From NCBI RefSeq assembly GCF_006345805.1, contig NC_043000.1, positions 122,078,001 to 122,142,000 of the forward strand: a DNA stretch of 64,000 nucleotides, given 5' to 3'. This document shows, one piece after another, positions 1 through 13,693 of the stretch. The position numbers were made by a program, and so were the translations under genes. The notes under the pieces are model-generated. The model saw nothing but the letters and a program-made list of their open reading frames with translations. It did not search any database and was not told the origin of the DNA. This DNA comes from Octopus sinensis. Taxonomy: Eukaryota. Numbering within the stretch: position 1 is the stretch's first letter; every line of letters begins with the position of its first letter.

Positions 1-491
1 TCAATCCAAATATATCAATTAGATTAAATATTTTGAAAGACTATAGTAGAATGCAATTATATTGTCAAGTTCATAATTAAACTTTTCCCTAGAGCAATAT
101 AATAAGATTATAGCTGGAAAAAAAGCTGAGAAAGAAACATTCTATCGTATTTCTCACTAATGTGTTTCCTGAAACACAATCTATAACTATTAAAACATCT
201 ACTGTTTCTAGAGAAGACAAAACATTGCAAATAGGAAATAGGTTGGTGACAATTTCTGTAGGACAAGCGGTACGTTCCTGAATGATTTGGAGCATGGGTT
301 TGTTTCAATTACCGTGTCCTAGTCATTGCATTTTCTATAATAATTATATGTAGGCAAGTGGTGTCTAATGTGCTTATGGTGGTAAACAGGAAAGAAATCG
401 ATAGAGATGTGCAGAAGCATTTTGATCTTTATGTAAATACATACCTACATACGTACATATATACATTCATGTGTGTATGAATGTATGTATG

Positions 492-915
492 TGTTGTGTG
501 GCAGCCCTCAGATGATGATGAAGTAGGCTAACCCAATACGTAGATATATATTTCTTTACTACCCACAAGGGGCTAAACACAGACGGGACAAACAAGGACA
601 GACAAACGGATTAAGTCGATTACAGTGACCCCAGTGCGTAACTGGTACTTAATTTATCGACCCCGAAATGATAAAAGGCAAAGTCGACCTCGGCGGAATT
701 TGAACTCAGAACGTAGCGGCGGACGAAATACGGCTACGCATTTCGCCCGGCGTACTAACGGTTCTGCCAGCACGCCGCCTTCCCAATACGTAGATATAAA
801 GGGAGGAGCCTAGTCTAGAACAGAGTAGAGTCGAGCAGAGTAGAGAGTCGAGTTGAGTAGTAGACTAGAGTGTAGGAGAAGTTTGAGTAGTGTCATCTGA
901 ACGTACGACACAACA
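492..915 (+). mobile_element. Short LTR of an LTR retrotransposon (about 174 bp after removing the nested SINE)
   Basis: Begins TGTTGTGT (492-499) and ends ACACAACA (908-915), a perfect 8-bp terminal inverted repeat with TG..CA ends; TATA-like GATATAAA at 793-800; followed by a PBS. Confidence 0.75.
549..781 (-). mobile_element. tRNA-derived SINE family B (Deu/Nin-domain-like core), nested in the LTR
   Basis: Minus strand: A-box-like CTGGCAGAACCG, B-box GAGTTCAAATTCC, core GGGGTCGATAAATTAAGTACCAG; flanked by a 17-bp TSD CCCAATACGTAGATATA (532-548, 782-798). Confidence 0.85.
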
Positions 916-916
916 G

Positions 917-929
917 TGGCGACGAGGAT
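917..929 (+). promoter_or_regulatory. Primer-binding site complementary to the tRNA-Ser(GCU) 3' end
   Basis: TGGCGACGAGGAT starts 1 nt after the LTR-terminal CA; metazoan tRNA-Ser(GCU) starts GACGAGG and ends ...ATCCTCGTCG-CCA. Confidence 0.7.
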
Positions 930-2561
930 TTCGTAGCTCACACAGCGACTGTGTAGTATTGCGGTATAACAGTATGTATGTATGTATGTATATATGTATG
1001 TATGTATGTAAGCATGTATGTTCGTATGCATGTATATATGTACATAAACACACCCCACACATCTGTAAACAGTTCCAGAACTCCAGTTTCAAAGAACGCA
1101 AGTCTAATTGTTCTCTCCCACTTTCACCGAAATATATTTTTGACTTGCGTATAGTAGTCATATAGATACATTAGAATATATAACACCTTGATTCGAAGTC
1201 ACTATTATTGTACAAGTAAACAGGTTCTAATTTGTTTTTGTTAAAATCTTATGATTGAATACAACTTTGAAAAATCGAATGTCAGAATCATTACCTTTTC
1301 TATGACAGATCTGTATTCATGTATTTCTCTGTGTATAGACTTAATGAGATACGAAAATGTATGCCCCCCACTCTATATATAATGCAGGTCCTTAGGTGAA
1401 AGAATGCTTAATGAGTTAAGAATTCGTTGATTTGTCAGAAGATATATTCGCTTACATTTTATTTTTAAATGGAACTTACATTTAAAAACAAGTAGAAAAC
1501 GGGAAATATCCGCTGAATTTTCTTTTTATATTAATGACCGTTGAATCTAAAACGCAATAGACAAAGAGGCATGTAATGTTTAAAAACTAATATTTACATT
1601 TGGAATTTAAATTTTCTCGGGATCTTCTTTTCAAATTTACGGGGTCGATAACAAAAGGACCGGTCAAATATTCGGATCGATCTAATCGACTGCTCTCCCT
1701 CCAAAATTTATTGTGCTTTGCATACTAGAGTAATCGATTTTATTGTTCTTTTTTATCCACCATATGCTATGTTTTATTCATGAAATATGCATTCAAATAC
1801 ATTGTTGTCTATTTATTATGCGGATCGCCTTTTCGAATATGAATTTATTTTGTCAGTATTTCGCTTTCGATTCGCCAGCGAAGTACGCTTCGGTGCATTT
1901 GCTAAGTGATTATCTTTGCTGAGCATCATGTCCTATGACATGACACGTCTGCAGTATCCTACAATGGTGTTTTTATTTTACGACATCTGCCCAATATACA
2001 TGAACTTTTTAATATTCCATTCAGCAAATATGCGTCTCTTACTACTTCACAATTTAATCATTATGTGGCTGGCATCATATATACATTTATTGTGTTTCCA
2101 ATATTGCTACTATAATCCAGTAGGTTATGGACCTACCGATGTATTTTAGTATCTCATAAAATAAATTATTTGAAGCTAGGGATTTTTATTTTCTGTGAAA
2201 TTTCATAACTATTGTCGATCAATATTTTTAACAAAAACATAGGAGCGGAAAAGAGAAGCCAAAATAAAATACAAAACAAAAGAAGAGCAAACAGAAAATC
2301 CGGCTCTAAAGTGGTGCGCGTAAATTGCCCCTATATTTTTCTACAAAACTGGAAATTAAAATGAAAACATTTTAGTCATCATTATACGTGAACATGTAAC
2401 TTGTCAACTTTATATTGCTGTAACTCAGCGAACGTTGAACAGTGGCTATAGAATATCACCCGATTTTTGTAGGCAACGCATATATATAGAAATTTGGTAC
2501 AACAATGCACCAATATATATATATATATATAAAATATATATATATATATATTTGGGGGTGG

Positions 2562-3235
2562 AAAGTGTTGTCATGCATCAATACGAGACTCCTTAGAAGT
2601 GACAGCGGTATACCATCTACCCAGGAATCCAAGACCTACTTTGGGAGATTGTAGTAGGTACCTGCTCTGTCACTTCTTTAACCCTTCAGACACCCTGATT
2701 GGGCCTACATGTCTGTACTCAATGATATCAGCCTACAACACGATTTCTCCACCCTAGTGTTGATGTACTCAACGTTGGTGACACTCATCTTCAAAACAAA
2801 CCCAACCATTTTCCTAACCGTCACGTCCGTGAAGGGTCTAACGTCATGTACTTTTCGGCCCATTGAAATCTCAAACGCCTGTGAGGGTGCGTTAAAGGAG
2901 GCAGTATAAGGGGTTATAGCATGGTCCTGAGGATGCAATTTCTATTGGTTTGGGGAAAATGAGGAAGTCCGGATGCGGTAAAATGGCTTTGCTGGTTTGT
3001 CCAGGTTTCTCACGGAACTTACAGCTAATATTACTTAAATCTCTTGCTGTCGCAGTCTTCGAGGTCCCACAATCGGATCGTCTCCTCCTTGGCGAAGGGT
3101 CCTTCAGAAACCGTTTAGCAGTGTCCACACGGCGTCCTAATTTCTCCGCAATAACATGAAGAGTGGTGCCTTTAGAACTTACCTTGATGATAACAGACTT
3201 TTCTTCATTGTTGTCTTTTCCATGACTTACTGCTA
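2562..3235 (-). pseudogene. Decayed Tc1-like transposase
   Basis: Minus-strand frames give an HTH-like segment EEKSVIIKVSSKGTTLHVIAEKLGRRVDTAKRFLKDPSPRRRRSDCG, FQWAEKYMTLD, a GGG.V.IW.GI-like GGEIVL*ADII and LMHDN (second catalytic D region); frameshifts and stops. Confidence 0.75.
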
Positions 3236-3645
3236 TTAAGGGGGAGAGAGACAGTTAGCGCGGTTCACCCAAAAACATGAATTTGAAATAAAAAGGAAAT
3301 GACGTTACATAGAATAATAAAAGCATAACAATAGTGTTGCCATAGTGTGCAAACCAGCTGAGAAAAGTTTTATCAAAATCGATTAACAGAAAAACGAGAA
3401 ATCCTAAATTTTACTCCTAAGCTATCAGCGTGGTTTTGCGTGTATTTGTGTATATGTATATATATACATATATACATACATATTCATACTTATATACATA
3501 CATACATTCAATCATAGAAGATTCTATATTACTAGCAATTTCAACTCGGTAAATGTTGGATTATATCAATTTTGTCAGTTTTTTGCATTATTCATTTCAA
3601 CCATTTCGTTTTGATTATTGTGAAACAAAACAGACTCACACACAG

Positions 3646-3775
<130 letters not shown>

Positions 3776-4436
3776 GTGAATGTGTGTTTCTGCGTATGTG
3801 TGTGTATACAAAATCACATTTCTAATTCATACAGTAAGTCTTGTGCAGTGTCTGTTAGTTATAAGCATAAAGATTTTAGTTTCCTGATATATGATCAAAA
3901 TTATATTTTTCCAAAAATATAAATTTAACATGAAATGCATTAAACTTAACTTCCTTTAAGAAACTTGAAAGAAGAATGTTGTTGGAGCTTATCACAGAAA
4001 TGTTTGCAAGAAAACATCAGGGAGTTTGTGGAAAAATTATATCATTAAGAGAAAATATTCATAAATTATTAAATGGATTTCTGCATCCAAGCCGACCGCG
4101 CCCGGATCTAGAGGAATTCTTGTTACATAATCGTGGTTAGTTTCACTAACAAACAAGAGACTAGGGAACAGAATTGTGATATTCCCAAAATTGGAATCTC
4201 CCGAGCGTGTCTTCAAAAGTTTATGAGATTTGGAGGAATACCTTTTTTGTCGGTCGCGGAAAAAAACACATTTTTCGAACATTTTGATAATGTGTAAACA
4301 ATATGAAAACGTTAGAAAGATATGTTGTAGCTCACAGCGTTTTCCCTGGATGACAAGATTTATTTTGCTCGTTGTGTTGCCCTATTTTTGCTAAATCTAA
4401 AGTTGTGGTTATGAAATATTTATAAACATACGTATA

Positions 4437-4903
4437 GGCGCAGGAGTGGCTGTGTGGTAAGTAGCTTGCTTAAGAACCACATGGTTCCGGGTTCAGTCCC
4501 ACTGCATGGCACCTTGGGCAATTGTCTTCTACTATAGCCTCGGGCCGACCAAAGACTTGTAAGTGGATTTGGTTCACGGAAACTGGAAAAAACCCGTCGT
4601 ATATATGTATATGCATATATATATATATATATGTGTGTGTGCGTGCGTGTGTGTGTGTGTGTGTGTATGTGTGTTTGTGTGTTTGTGTGCCTGTGTTTGC
4701 CCACCCCAACATCGCTTGACAACCGATTCTGATGTGTTTACGTCCCCGTAATTTAGCAGCTCGGCAAAAGGAGACCGATAGAATAAGTACTAGGCTTACA
4801 AATAATAAGTCCTGGGGGTCGATTTGCTCGACTAAAAGCGGTGCTCCAGCATGGCTGCGGTCAAATGACTGAAACAGCTAAAAGAGTAAAAGAGAGTAAA
4901 GAG
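4437..4903 (+). mobile_element. tRNA-derived SINE family A, full length, with internal (TA)n/(TG)n microsatellite
   Basis: A box TGGCTGTGTGG, B box GGTTCAGTCC, CORE-like CACCTTGGGCAA, internal microsatellite about 4601-4690, tail ending CCAGCATGGCTGCGGTCAAATGACTGAAAC followed by AAGAGTAA repeats. Confidence 0.85.
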
Positions 4904-6224
4904 CTACCTTTTCTATCATTAAGATATATATCTCTAGGTTCGTTTCGAAAGACTGACTTCAACTTCAAATCAGATGGCTTCTATTTGTAGATGTAATAAC
5001 ATGAGCGCTGTTATGCTTATCAATTTTCAGGAGAACGGCTTTGCCTTTGTCATACGTAACATGGAGGGCAAAGCGGATGCAAATCACATTATATTAAGAC
5101 GTTATTTCCTCCTAAGTAGTCTGTTGATAGTGATATCATTGAAATCACTCGCACTCAGCGTATCGTTTAAAAAAGGCATTACATTATTAAGCCTCGTTTC
5201 CATGGGTTATTTGCTTTCTTTGATTTTTCCTCCATTTCAACATTGGGCCCTATTATTCTCGTTTATATGGAAAATTGCTCTTGTAATTTCACCCTTTAAA
5301 AATAATTCAGCTTCACTGAGCAAGGTCTATGATCAAAAGCATTCCATCTCTACCCTTTTCATAATTTTCGTATAAGAAAGTGGTCTTTTATGAGGCAATG
5401 GAATTGATTTGAAGGTGCTTTTGTTACTGTTTCTAAGCAGTCAACGTCTAGAGATGCTCTCTCAACGGCTCATATACACGGGTAATGTAAAGGAGATATG
5501 TGATTCATGGAACGTAAACGGTTTTAAGTCACGGAAATGACGTTGATTGAAACCATGTTGTCTTACAATATGATGCAACGGATTTTCTTTTTTACTTAAA
5601 TAGTTCACAGTTTCCTGGTTTCTCGAGCGAATGCATCGACAATATTTCAAGGCCTAGTTATGTTTCTACTGAAATGTAAGGAGAATGATTGGTGGCATTT
5701 AAAGACAACGTAAAGGTACGCAACTCTATAACACTCAATGTATTTAGTTTGGGGTACAAATGTTTCTATCGCTCAGTCGAAGTAATACATTATGAACTCG
5801 GACGATTGAAATGAGTTAACTGGGTATGTGATTATGTAACACCATGCATTATTGTACTCAGGTTATTAGCACACTGTTATATCAACAGCTATAACGAATT
5901 TTGTCATTTTATCATATGTTATCTTTATTCATTCATTTTGCAGTATCGTTTATCTGGTATAGGATATGTAAATGTGGTTTCGTTTCCATAGCATAAAAAT
6001 AAAGAAAATTCTTCATTGTTTCACAACTGAATAAACTAAAGAAATTCCGTGACAAAATTTTCGTAAGTTAGATATACTCTTTAACAAAATGACCATTATT
6101 TATACCTCATTTTATATGTATACATTCACTTTTAAAAGAACAGGAACTGCATTAAGGTATATATCTAGGGATTTGAATATACTTAGAGAACCATAAGGTC
6201 ATTAGGGAGCTTTCCCAAATTTTC

Positions 6225-6307
6225 CTGATCGGTACGCATTCCAGGAATCGAAACCGCTATATTATGATCAAGTGTGCAGTAGCTTTACCCACTAAACCAC
6301 GCGCCTC
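6225..6307 (-). mobile_element. SINE family C head fragment
   Basis: Minus strand GAGGCGCGTGGTTTAGTGG...GGTTTCGATTCCTGG matches the heads at 33511 and 59608. Confidence 0.6.
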
Positions 6308-6954
6308 TAAATAATTGCGTGTATATATCGAGTTAAAAACCCCCTTGGAAGTAAAAGGTCTAAAGCTGGGCATGTGATTCCAATCTCTTCAAGTTGCTTC
6401 TTCATATCTGAAAACATGGCAAACCATTATTCGAAAGTGTGTTTGTGTGCGTATGTTTTTTTATGAGGGTGTATATGATACTTTGTGTGTCTGTGTGCGT
6501 ACGACAGAGAGAGAGAAAGAGAATCAGTGATAGAGAAGGATGAATGAAGAGAGAGAGAGAATAGCTTTGTTGAATGGTATCTAATTCATGGAGATTAACG
6601 CAATATCCCTCACTAAATATGCAAAGGGAACCTTATCAAGCATATTTGCCCTCAGATTCCAAGTAGGTTTACTTCACCACGATATATAAAAAATATCACT
6701 GAGGATTTATATTCCGTATTGTTAGCTATCCTGGAAATTCAGGATAACCCAGACAATTAGAGGGAGAAAAATGAACAACCTACACGCAAACTCATATACA
6801 GACACATAAAAACCCAACACAGATATACACAAAGCGAAGTATACCACAACACCGTGCAATTACGTTTTCCATTTACAACAAGGATATGATATAAAATGAC
6901 CAATATTAAAACTCAACTACTTTTAGTGAAAGTCTCTGCTAGCTTCATTGTACG

Positions 6955-7039
<85 letters not shown>

Positions 7040-7140
7040 GATAGATACATAGAGACAGACAGACAGTCACTTATATATGTATGTGTGAATGTAGGTATGT
7101 ATATATGCATGCTTGCATATACATACATATAAATATATAT
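6955..7140. repeat. (TA)n/(GATA)n/(TATG)n compound microsatellite
   Basis: Direct inspection. Confidence 0.9.
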
Positions 7141-7855
7141 TGGTTAAATTATATTCGTAAATAATGTTAACGTCGAAGTAACTAAAATTTATTGCAAAAT
7201 CAATAAATATAAAATATTCTCCAGAATCAATAAAACAGTAATAACAATTCTGTTAATATGGTAGAGAATGCAACAGTCACCAACGAAAATGTAGATACAT
7301 AAAACCTAGAAACCATATTTCCTATAATTCATTCTGATTTCGTGAAAAATTATCATGATTGAATATATTTCTCTAAATAACATTAACTCTACCTAAAAAC
7401 TATTCCAATGCCGAAAGCAAAAAAATTAACCCGTCGCTATACATTGCAGACTTACTTTAACGGTTCTCTATGAGAGAAACTTAAAGCAGAAAAACTAACT
7501 AGGATTTCTTCCAGCGTTTTCTACAAAGGGTTTTCTTTAGTAATTACATTGTGTTAGAGATAATGTTTTCTTTTAAGAAAACACATACTAACGTTATACA
7601 TGTGTTTAATTTATTCCTTGAAGTTCTGAAAGTTTGGCAGTACTTCTACAACTAGGTCACTATAAAATTCTACAGAAATTATTGAAAATCAGTTACTGCT
7701 AATTTTGTATATGCCTCAGGGGCGTACCTTTGCTCTTTCTTGGTGCTTTGTCGAAGAGGTTTGATGTTTTGGACATACGGTTTTACTTTTCATCATAGGC
7801 AACCATTAGCAAGTTCTTTGTGTTTGTTTCAATTGCTGTGTTTACATATCTTCCG

Positions 7856-8015
7856 TAACACACACACACACACACACACATACACATGTTCATGCATACA
7901 CGCATACATACATACATATATGCATACATACATACATACATGCATACATACATACATACATACATAAAAGCATACATACATAGAAACAAATACAGACATA
8001 TATGTAAATATACAC
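7856..8015. repeat. (CA)n/(TACA)n microsatellite
   Basis: Direct inspection. Confidence 0.9.
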
Positions 8016-8228
8016 ACGTTCCATTACCTATATTCCTCTGTTTTCTCACGGGGCTTATTTTGAATGTAGGGAAATATCGTTTACTTTATATATATGTATA
8101 TACTATACAGTGTTATCGTATAGTAGATGACTGATGAATTATGTGCAATTGAATTCCTGTTTGCACCGATACAAGTTCATCCAAGTTGACGTACATCAGA
8201 TCATGATAGAAAACATAAAATAATATAA

Positions 8229-8607
8229 CTCTTTTACTTGTTTCAGTCATTTGACTGCGGCCATGCTGGAGCACTTTATAGTCGGGCAACTCAACCCCAG
8301 GACGTATTCTTTCTAAGCCTAGTATTTCTATCAGTTTCTTTGGCCGAACCACTAAGTTACGGGGACGTAAACACACCAGCATCGGTTGTCAAGCGATGTT
8401 GGGAGGGACAAGCATAGACACACAAACACACATACATATACATATACATATATACGAAGGGATTATTTCAGTTTCCGTCTACAAAATCCAGTCACAAAGC
8501 TTTGGTCGGCCCGAGGTGCTACTTGCACAAGGTACCACGCAGTGGGACTGGGCCCAGAATCATGTGGTTGGTAAGCAAGCTACTTACCACACAGCCACTC
8601 CAGCGCC
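8229..8607 (-). mobile_element. SINE family A, near full length
   Basis: Reverse complement of head, core and tail of the 4437 copy, with an internal microsatellite at about 8420-8455. Confidence 0.85.
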
Positions 8608-8924
8608 TATGCTTACCACACATCCACTCCTGTACCTATAATATAAGGAGATAAAATTACAATTAATTATGGAATTAAAGATTGCTGTGATGTAAATATA
8701 TAGCTGCTTGCAAGTTGTATAATTGGACTAATACCCTAAATTCGTCGGCATTTTGATGTTAATTGCTACGCGTTGAGAGTTCAAGATGTATATGTTTGTG
8801 CGGGTGTGAGTGTGTATGTGAGCTTGGTTATGAATGAGGTACATATGTACAGATCCTTTATAGAGAAAAAGACATAGACAGTTGTGAATACATATAAGTA
8901 AAGCATGGTGGAGAAAATGTCAAT

Positions 8925-9238
8925 GTGCCTTGCTTAGCTGTTAACGTATTTGACTCACAATCATAAGGTCGTGAGATCGATATCCAGCGGCGGCGTTGTG
9001 TCTTTTATTTCACGTTGCTGAAGTCCTTTTAGCTAGCAAAACGTGAGTAGCACCCGTATTTCTAAAGGTTAGCTTTGCCACAGTGTATCATGCTGAATCT
9101 CCTTTGAGAACTGCGTTAAGGAAACGCGTGTCTGTGGTGTGCTCAGCCACTTGCACGTTAATTTCACCACCAGGCTATTCCGTAGATCGCACCTATTATA
9201 ACCCTAGACAATTAACCAGCGGAGTGCCAAGTGGAAGG
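8925..9238 (+). mobile_element. Degraded tRNA-headed SINE with family-C-like head and a different 3' body
   Basis: GCTTAGCTGTTAACGTATTTGACTCACAATCATAAGGTCGTGAGATCGATATCC head, then CGTTGTGTC..TTTCACGTTGC, then a distinct CTCAGCCACTTGCACGTTAATTTCAC segment. Confidence 0.5.
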
Positions 9239-9672
9239 AGTAGTACAAGAACTCCAAAGAGAAAAGTAAATATATAACGGTGTTTTGGATCACAAAGAAT
9301 TTTAAAATTGTTGCTATAATTTTATGGGAAAATCGGAATAAGGGCTTGTGAAGGTAGAGAGGGATGCAGGAAGAAAAGAGTATAGAGTAGAATCGCATGA
9401 TAAAGGTGAAGATAAATTTACTAGGAAATGTATGCGTGGCGTTCAATTAAATAATGATAATAAATAATATGTATGTGTATATGTGTGTGCGTTTATGTAT
9501 GTGTACAGGACGTCACCAGGTGTGCAAACAACATGAAATTGGTTGACAAACGAGTTGAGTACATAAACAACGAGAGAAACTATGGAAAACAAGACAAGAT
9601 ACATACATATATATATATATATATACACATAGGTACATATATATAATACATATACATATATATATATATATT

Positions 9673-9719
<47 letters not shown>

Positions 9720-10002
9720 GTATTATATATATGTACATATGTGTGTATATTTATATGTATGTAACTGTGTTTATATGTATATGTATATATATCTATATCT
9801 ATCTATCTATCTATCTATCTATATGTGTATATATATATATATATATATACATATAGATAGATAGATTGATATAGATATATATACATATACATATAAACAC
9901 AGTTACATACATATAAATATACACACATACGTACATATATATATATAATACGTACAAAAATACATACATACGTACTTAAATACATACATATATATTATAT
10001 AT

Positions 10003-10034
<32 letters not shown>

Positions 10035-10951
10035 CGCATTTACGTATATTTCTGTCTGTGTACTGTATGTACATGAGTGCAATCAGGGGGTGTATCTTAA
10101 ACAAATACTCAGACAAATAAGAAAATCACAGAAATTAAGAAACAAACAAGTTAAATTGGAGAATAATTGCTAAGCAATAATTTAACGTTTGTTTAGCAAT
10201 CGGCGGAATTTTGTACTAAATGGATAAAGTATAAATGTAGTCATTATGTCATTATAGACGTTTTAAAAAGTTAAGAATTTTAGAAAAATAAGAAGAAATC
10301 TTGACAATAGAAATACGAAATTATCAAAATAAATAAACACGACAATATATATAAGATAAATAAAAACAGTAATTAAGGGAAAAATCGGTAGGTGATTACA
10401 TAAAAACTAATATCTAAATATATTTATAGAAATCAATAAAAGAACGAAGAGAAAGATACGATTAATAAAATAATTGTAAAAGTTTGAAAACTACTGGTGG
10501 TATAAACTTAGTGAAATAATTATTGTGGTATAGTGGCCCAAGAGCGTTTTATAATTAATATTCTTCTCACGGACGCACGAGAGCAATGCCATGAAGCTGA
10601 ATACAGGATGAGGGGGACGTTTCGTTCGTGAGCAGGTCACTTCGTTTCATGATGCTCAAATCGAAATGGATTAAAATGAATGCTAACCGCTGTGGTTGCT
10701 GTACAGTAAAAACGACTCCGTTTCACGAATAGTCTTTTGCCTCGCGTAAAGACAATAGGAAAACATTTATATTATTTAATCTCAACCTGGTCAAAAAAAA
10801 ATTTGGAGTGGGTCTCTAATATTGTGGCTTTATGAGGTATAATGAATAAGGTATGATCATTTTTTACAAACATGCAGTTTGTGACATATAAGAAACGAAG
10901 ATTCTAGAACGTAAAACATAGAGGTTATTTAGTTACCTTATATGTAATACG

Positions 10952-11346
10952 CTTTTACCTGTTTCAGTCATTTGACTGTGGTCATGCTAGAGTACCACTT
11001 TTAGTCAAGCAAATCGGTCCCAGGATTTATTCTTTGTAAGCCTAGTACTTATTCTATCATTCTGTTTTGCTAAACCACTAAGTTATAGAGCCATAAACAC
11101 ACTCGTATCGGATGTCAAGTGATTTTGGTGGGACAACCACAGACATACAAAACACACGCACAGATACATATATGTATGTATGTATATATATATATACTAC
11201 GGGCTTCTTTCAGTTTCCGTCTACCAAATCCACTCAAGGTTTTGATCGGCCCGAGGTTATAGTAGAAGACTCATGCCTAAGGTTCCACGCAATGGGATTG
11301 AACCCTGGACCATGTGGTTTATAAGCAGGCTACATACCACACAGCC
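10952..11346 (-). mobile_element. SINE family A
   Basis: Tail TTTTACCTGTTTCAGTCATTTGACTG, internal microsatellite, head ending ACCACACAGCC. Confidence 0.8.
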
Positions 11347-12329
11347 GTTTGGATTGATAAAGAATTTGTCCATAATAATGAATGTTGCAGAATGAGGAAT
11401 CTGTGTATTGAAGTTTGAGCAATAATTCTAAGAATAGGTAATTGTGATCGGAGAATACGAGACAAAGATCTTTTGTTGGATCTTTAGATGTATATGCAAA
11501 CGGATGTGGCTCTTATCGTTTGGTTTTCGAGGATGAGAGCACTCTTGTAATATTGTTGTCAGCTTGTTACTCAGTTTCCTATTAAGGGTCTCTAAAGAAC
11601 TAGCGCAAAAAGGGTATTCTGTTCATCTTTGTAGCCAACTTTTCCGATGTACGATGTTTGCACAGAAAACGTGTTATATTTGACTTCCTGCTGCTCTGTA
11701 AACAACCGTGTTTATTTAAGGGGCGCATGAGGAGGAGGGGCTGAAGAAAAAGAAGTAGAACAACAACAACAACAACGACCACAGAAAGATAAAAACCGAA
11801 GAAAAAATAATATTGTGCGAGTTCAACCAAACTAAGTCATATTACAGAAACGAAATAGACCTTCTTTTGGCTTTAGCATCATATTGCTGTAGTCCTTTCC
11901 TTCTCCATAACTCCCCTTCTTTACTTCTTTTACTGTTCATACTTCCAATTTATGTTATTTCACTCGTTTTACTCTTTGAAGTTATCAGCCCCACCGATAA
12001 ATTCAATGCTTATTTTCTCTTAACCTTTCAGATTTTCGTCGTAAATCCCAACAATCTCCATCCATCTATCAGCGAATATATACATATAGGGAAATATAAT
12101 GGAGGCATCTTCCTACAAAAGACATCTTCCTTCTCTACAACGCACAACATCCTATGAAGTTTCTGCTATTTCAAATCAATAAAGAGAGCAGAAATTCGTC
12201 TATTTTATTATTCTTTGCAGCAAATGTGATTTAGCACCGATCCATCCGATGCAATTAGAGCTACCGAAATCTTTCTGAAATACATTATTTTACTTTTTCC
12301 TCAGAAAAAAAAACAAACTTAAGCAATAT

Positions 12330-12640
12330 GGAGCTATAGTAAAGAACAAATGAAGTTTCGATTAGGGAGCAAATATTTAAGAAAAAGTGGAAGTGGATTG
12401 GTAGCGCAATTAGAAAAGACACACCAAATGTAGCGAAAAGTGCTTTACAGTGGATTCCGGGTGGATATAGAAGGAGAGATAGGCCTAAGAACTTGTGGCA
12501 TAGATCAACACAAAAGGAACTAGAGAAAGGGAGACATTCATGGCAGAGTATAAGTACAGAAGCCAAACATTTTGCGACATGGAATTCAACTATAAGTGGC
12601 CTATATTCCGCGTTGGAGGGTTAAAGGCATAAAGAAGAAG
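12330..12640 (+). mobile_element. RTE-clade LINE 3' end (C-terminal RT thumb region plus tail)
   Basis: IREQIFKKKWKWIGSAIRKDTPNVAKSALQWIPGGYRRRDRPKNLWHRSTQKELEKGRHSWQSISTEAKHFATWNSTISGLYSALEG*, matching the RTE pattern W.WIGH.LR...ALTW.P.G.R.RGRP..TW; ends in TAAAGAAGAAGA. Confidence 0.8.
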
Positions 12641-13221
12641 ATCAGAAAGAAAAAAAGGAATCCAGGTTCTCCTCTGTAACAAATGGAAGACATCGCTCTC
12701 TTTTTTAAACTTGGAGGATTTTACAAACGAATGCATTGAATAAAAGGTAACCCCTCACATATAAGTCGCTCAGCAGTTTCTGACGACTCCTAATTTGTAG
12801 CCAGTTGTTCTGCCTTTATTTTTACGAAAGGAGTTTATTCTCGACTCTTCTCTTCATTCGAGATGTTTATTTTAGTATCCTCATTGGTAAGTGTGTCTCC
12901 AAATTTGTATTATGCATCTCTTCCACTTTTATACGTAGTATTTCCATGAAATTACTGTAAATCACTCCGGCGAAGAAACGAAGCATCTTCTCTGTTCGTA
13001 TTATATCTCCTGCATGCTTATGAATGCAAACTGCATTCATTATGAAAACATTTGCAATGCAAAATGCATTGCTATGGTATCGCTTTGAAATAATAAATAA
13101 TATATTCATCTAAATAAATGCTGGAACACGTAGTTGTGTGTATGTGCGTGTGTAGTATCTATGTGCGTGTTTGTGCGTGTGTGTGTGTGTGTGTGTGTGA
13201 ACATGTGTGCATTTGTATACT

Positions 13222-13693
13222 CTTTACTCTTTTACTCTTTTACTTGTTTCAGTCATAGGACTGTGCTCATGCTGGAGCACCGCCTTTACTCGAGTAAATC
13301 GACCCCAGTTCTTCTTCTTTGTAAGCTTAGTACTTATTCAACCGTCTCTTTTGCCGAACCGCTAAGTTACAAGGGCGTAAATACACCAGCATCGGTTGTC
13401 AAGCGATGTTGGGGGGACAAACACAGACACACAAACACACACACACATACACATACACACGCACACACACACACACACACACGCACACACCCACACCCAC
13501 AACCACACACACATATATATATATATAAATACATATACATATACATATATACGACGGATTTCTTTCCAGTTTCCGTCTACCAAGTCCTCTTACAAGGCTT
13601 TGGTCGGCCCGAGGCTATAGTAGAAGAGACTTGCCCAAGGTGCCACCCAGTGGGAGTGAACCCGGAACCTACTTACCACACAGACACTCCTAC
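13222..13693 (-). mobile_element. SINE family A, near full length
   Basis: Same tail, core and head as 4437; internal (CA)n/(TA)n at about 13420-13550. Confidence 0.85.

Noticed and set aside
4974-5375. 133-aa hydrophobic ORF with an internal TTTTCAG acceptor
   Set aside because: AT-rich codons give chance hydrophobicity; no recognisable domain or clear donor.
11400-12180. Possible decayed LINE segment upstream of the RTE 3' end
   Set aside because: No diagnostic endonuclease or RT motif could be read in any frame.
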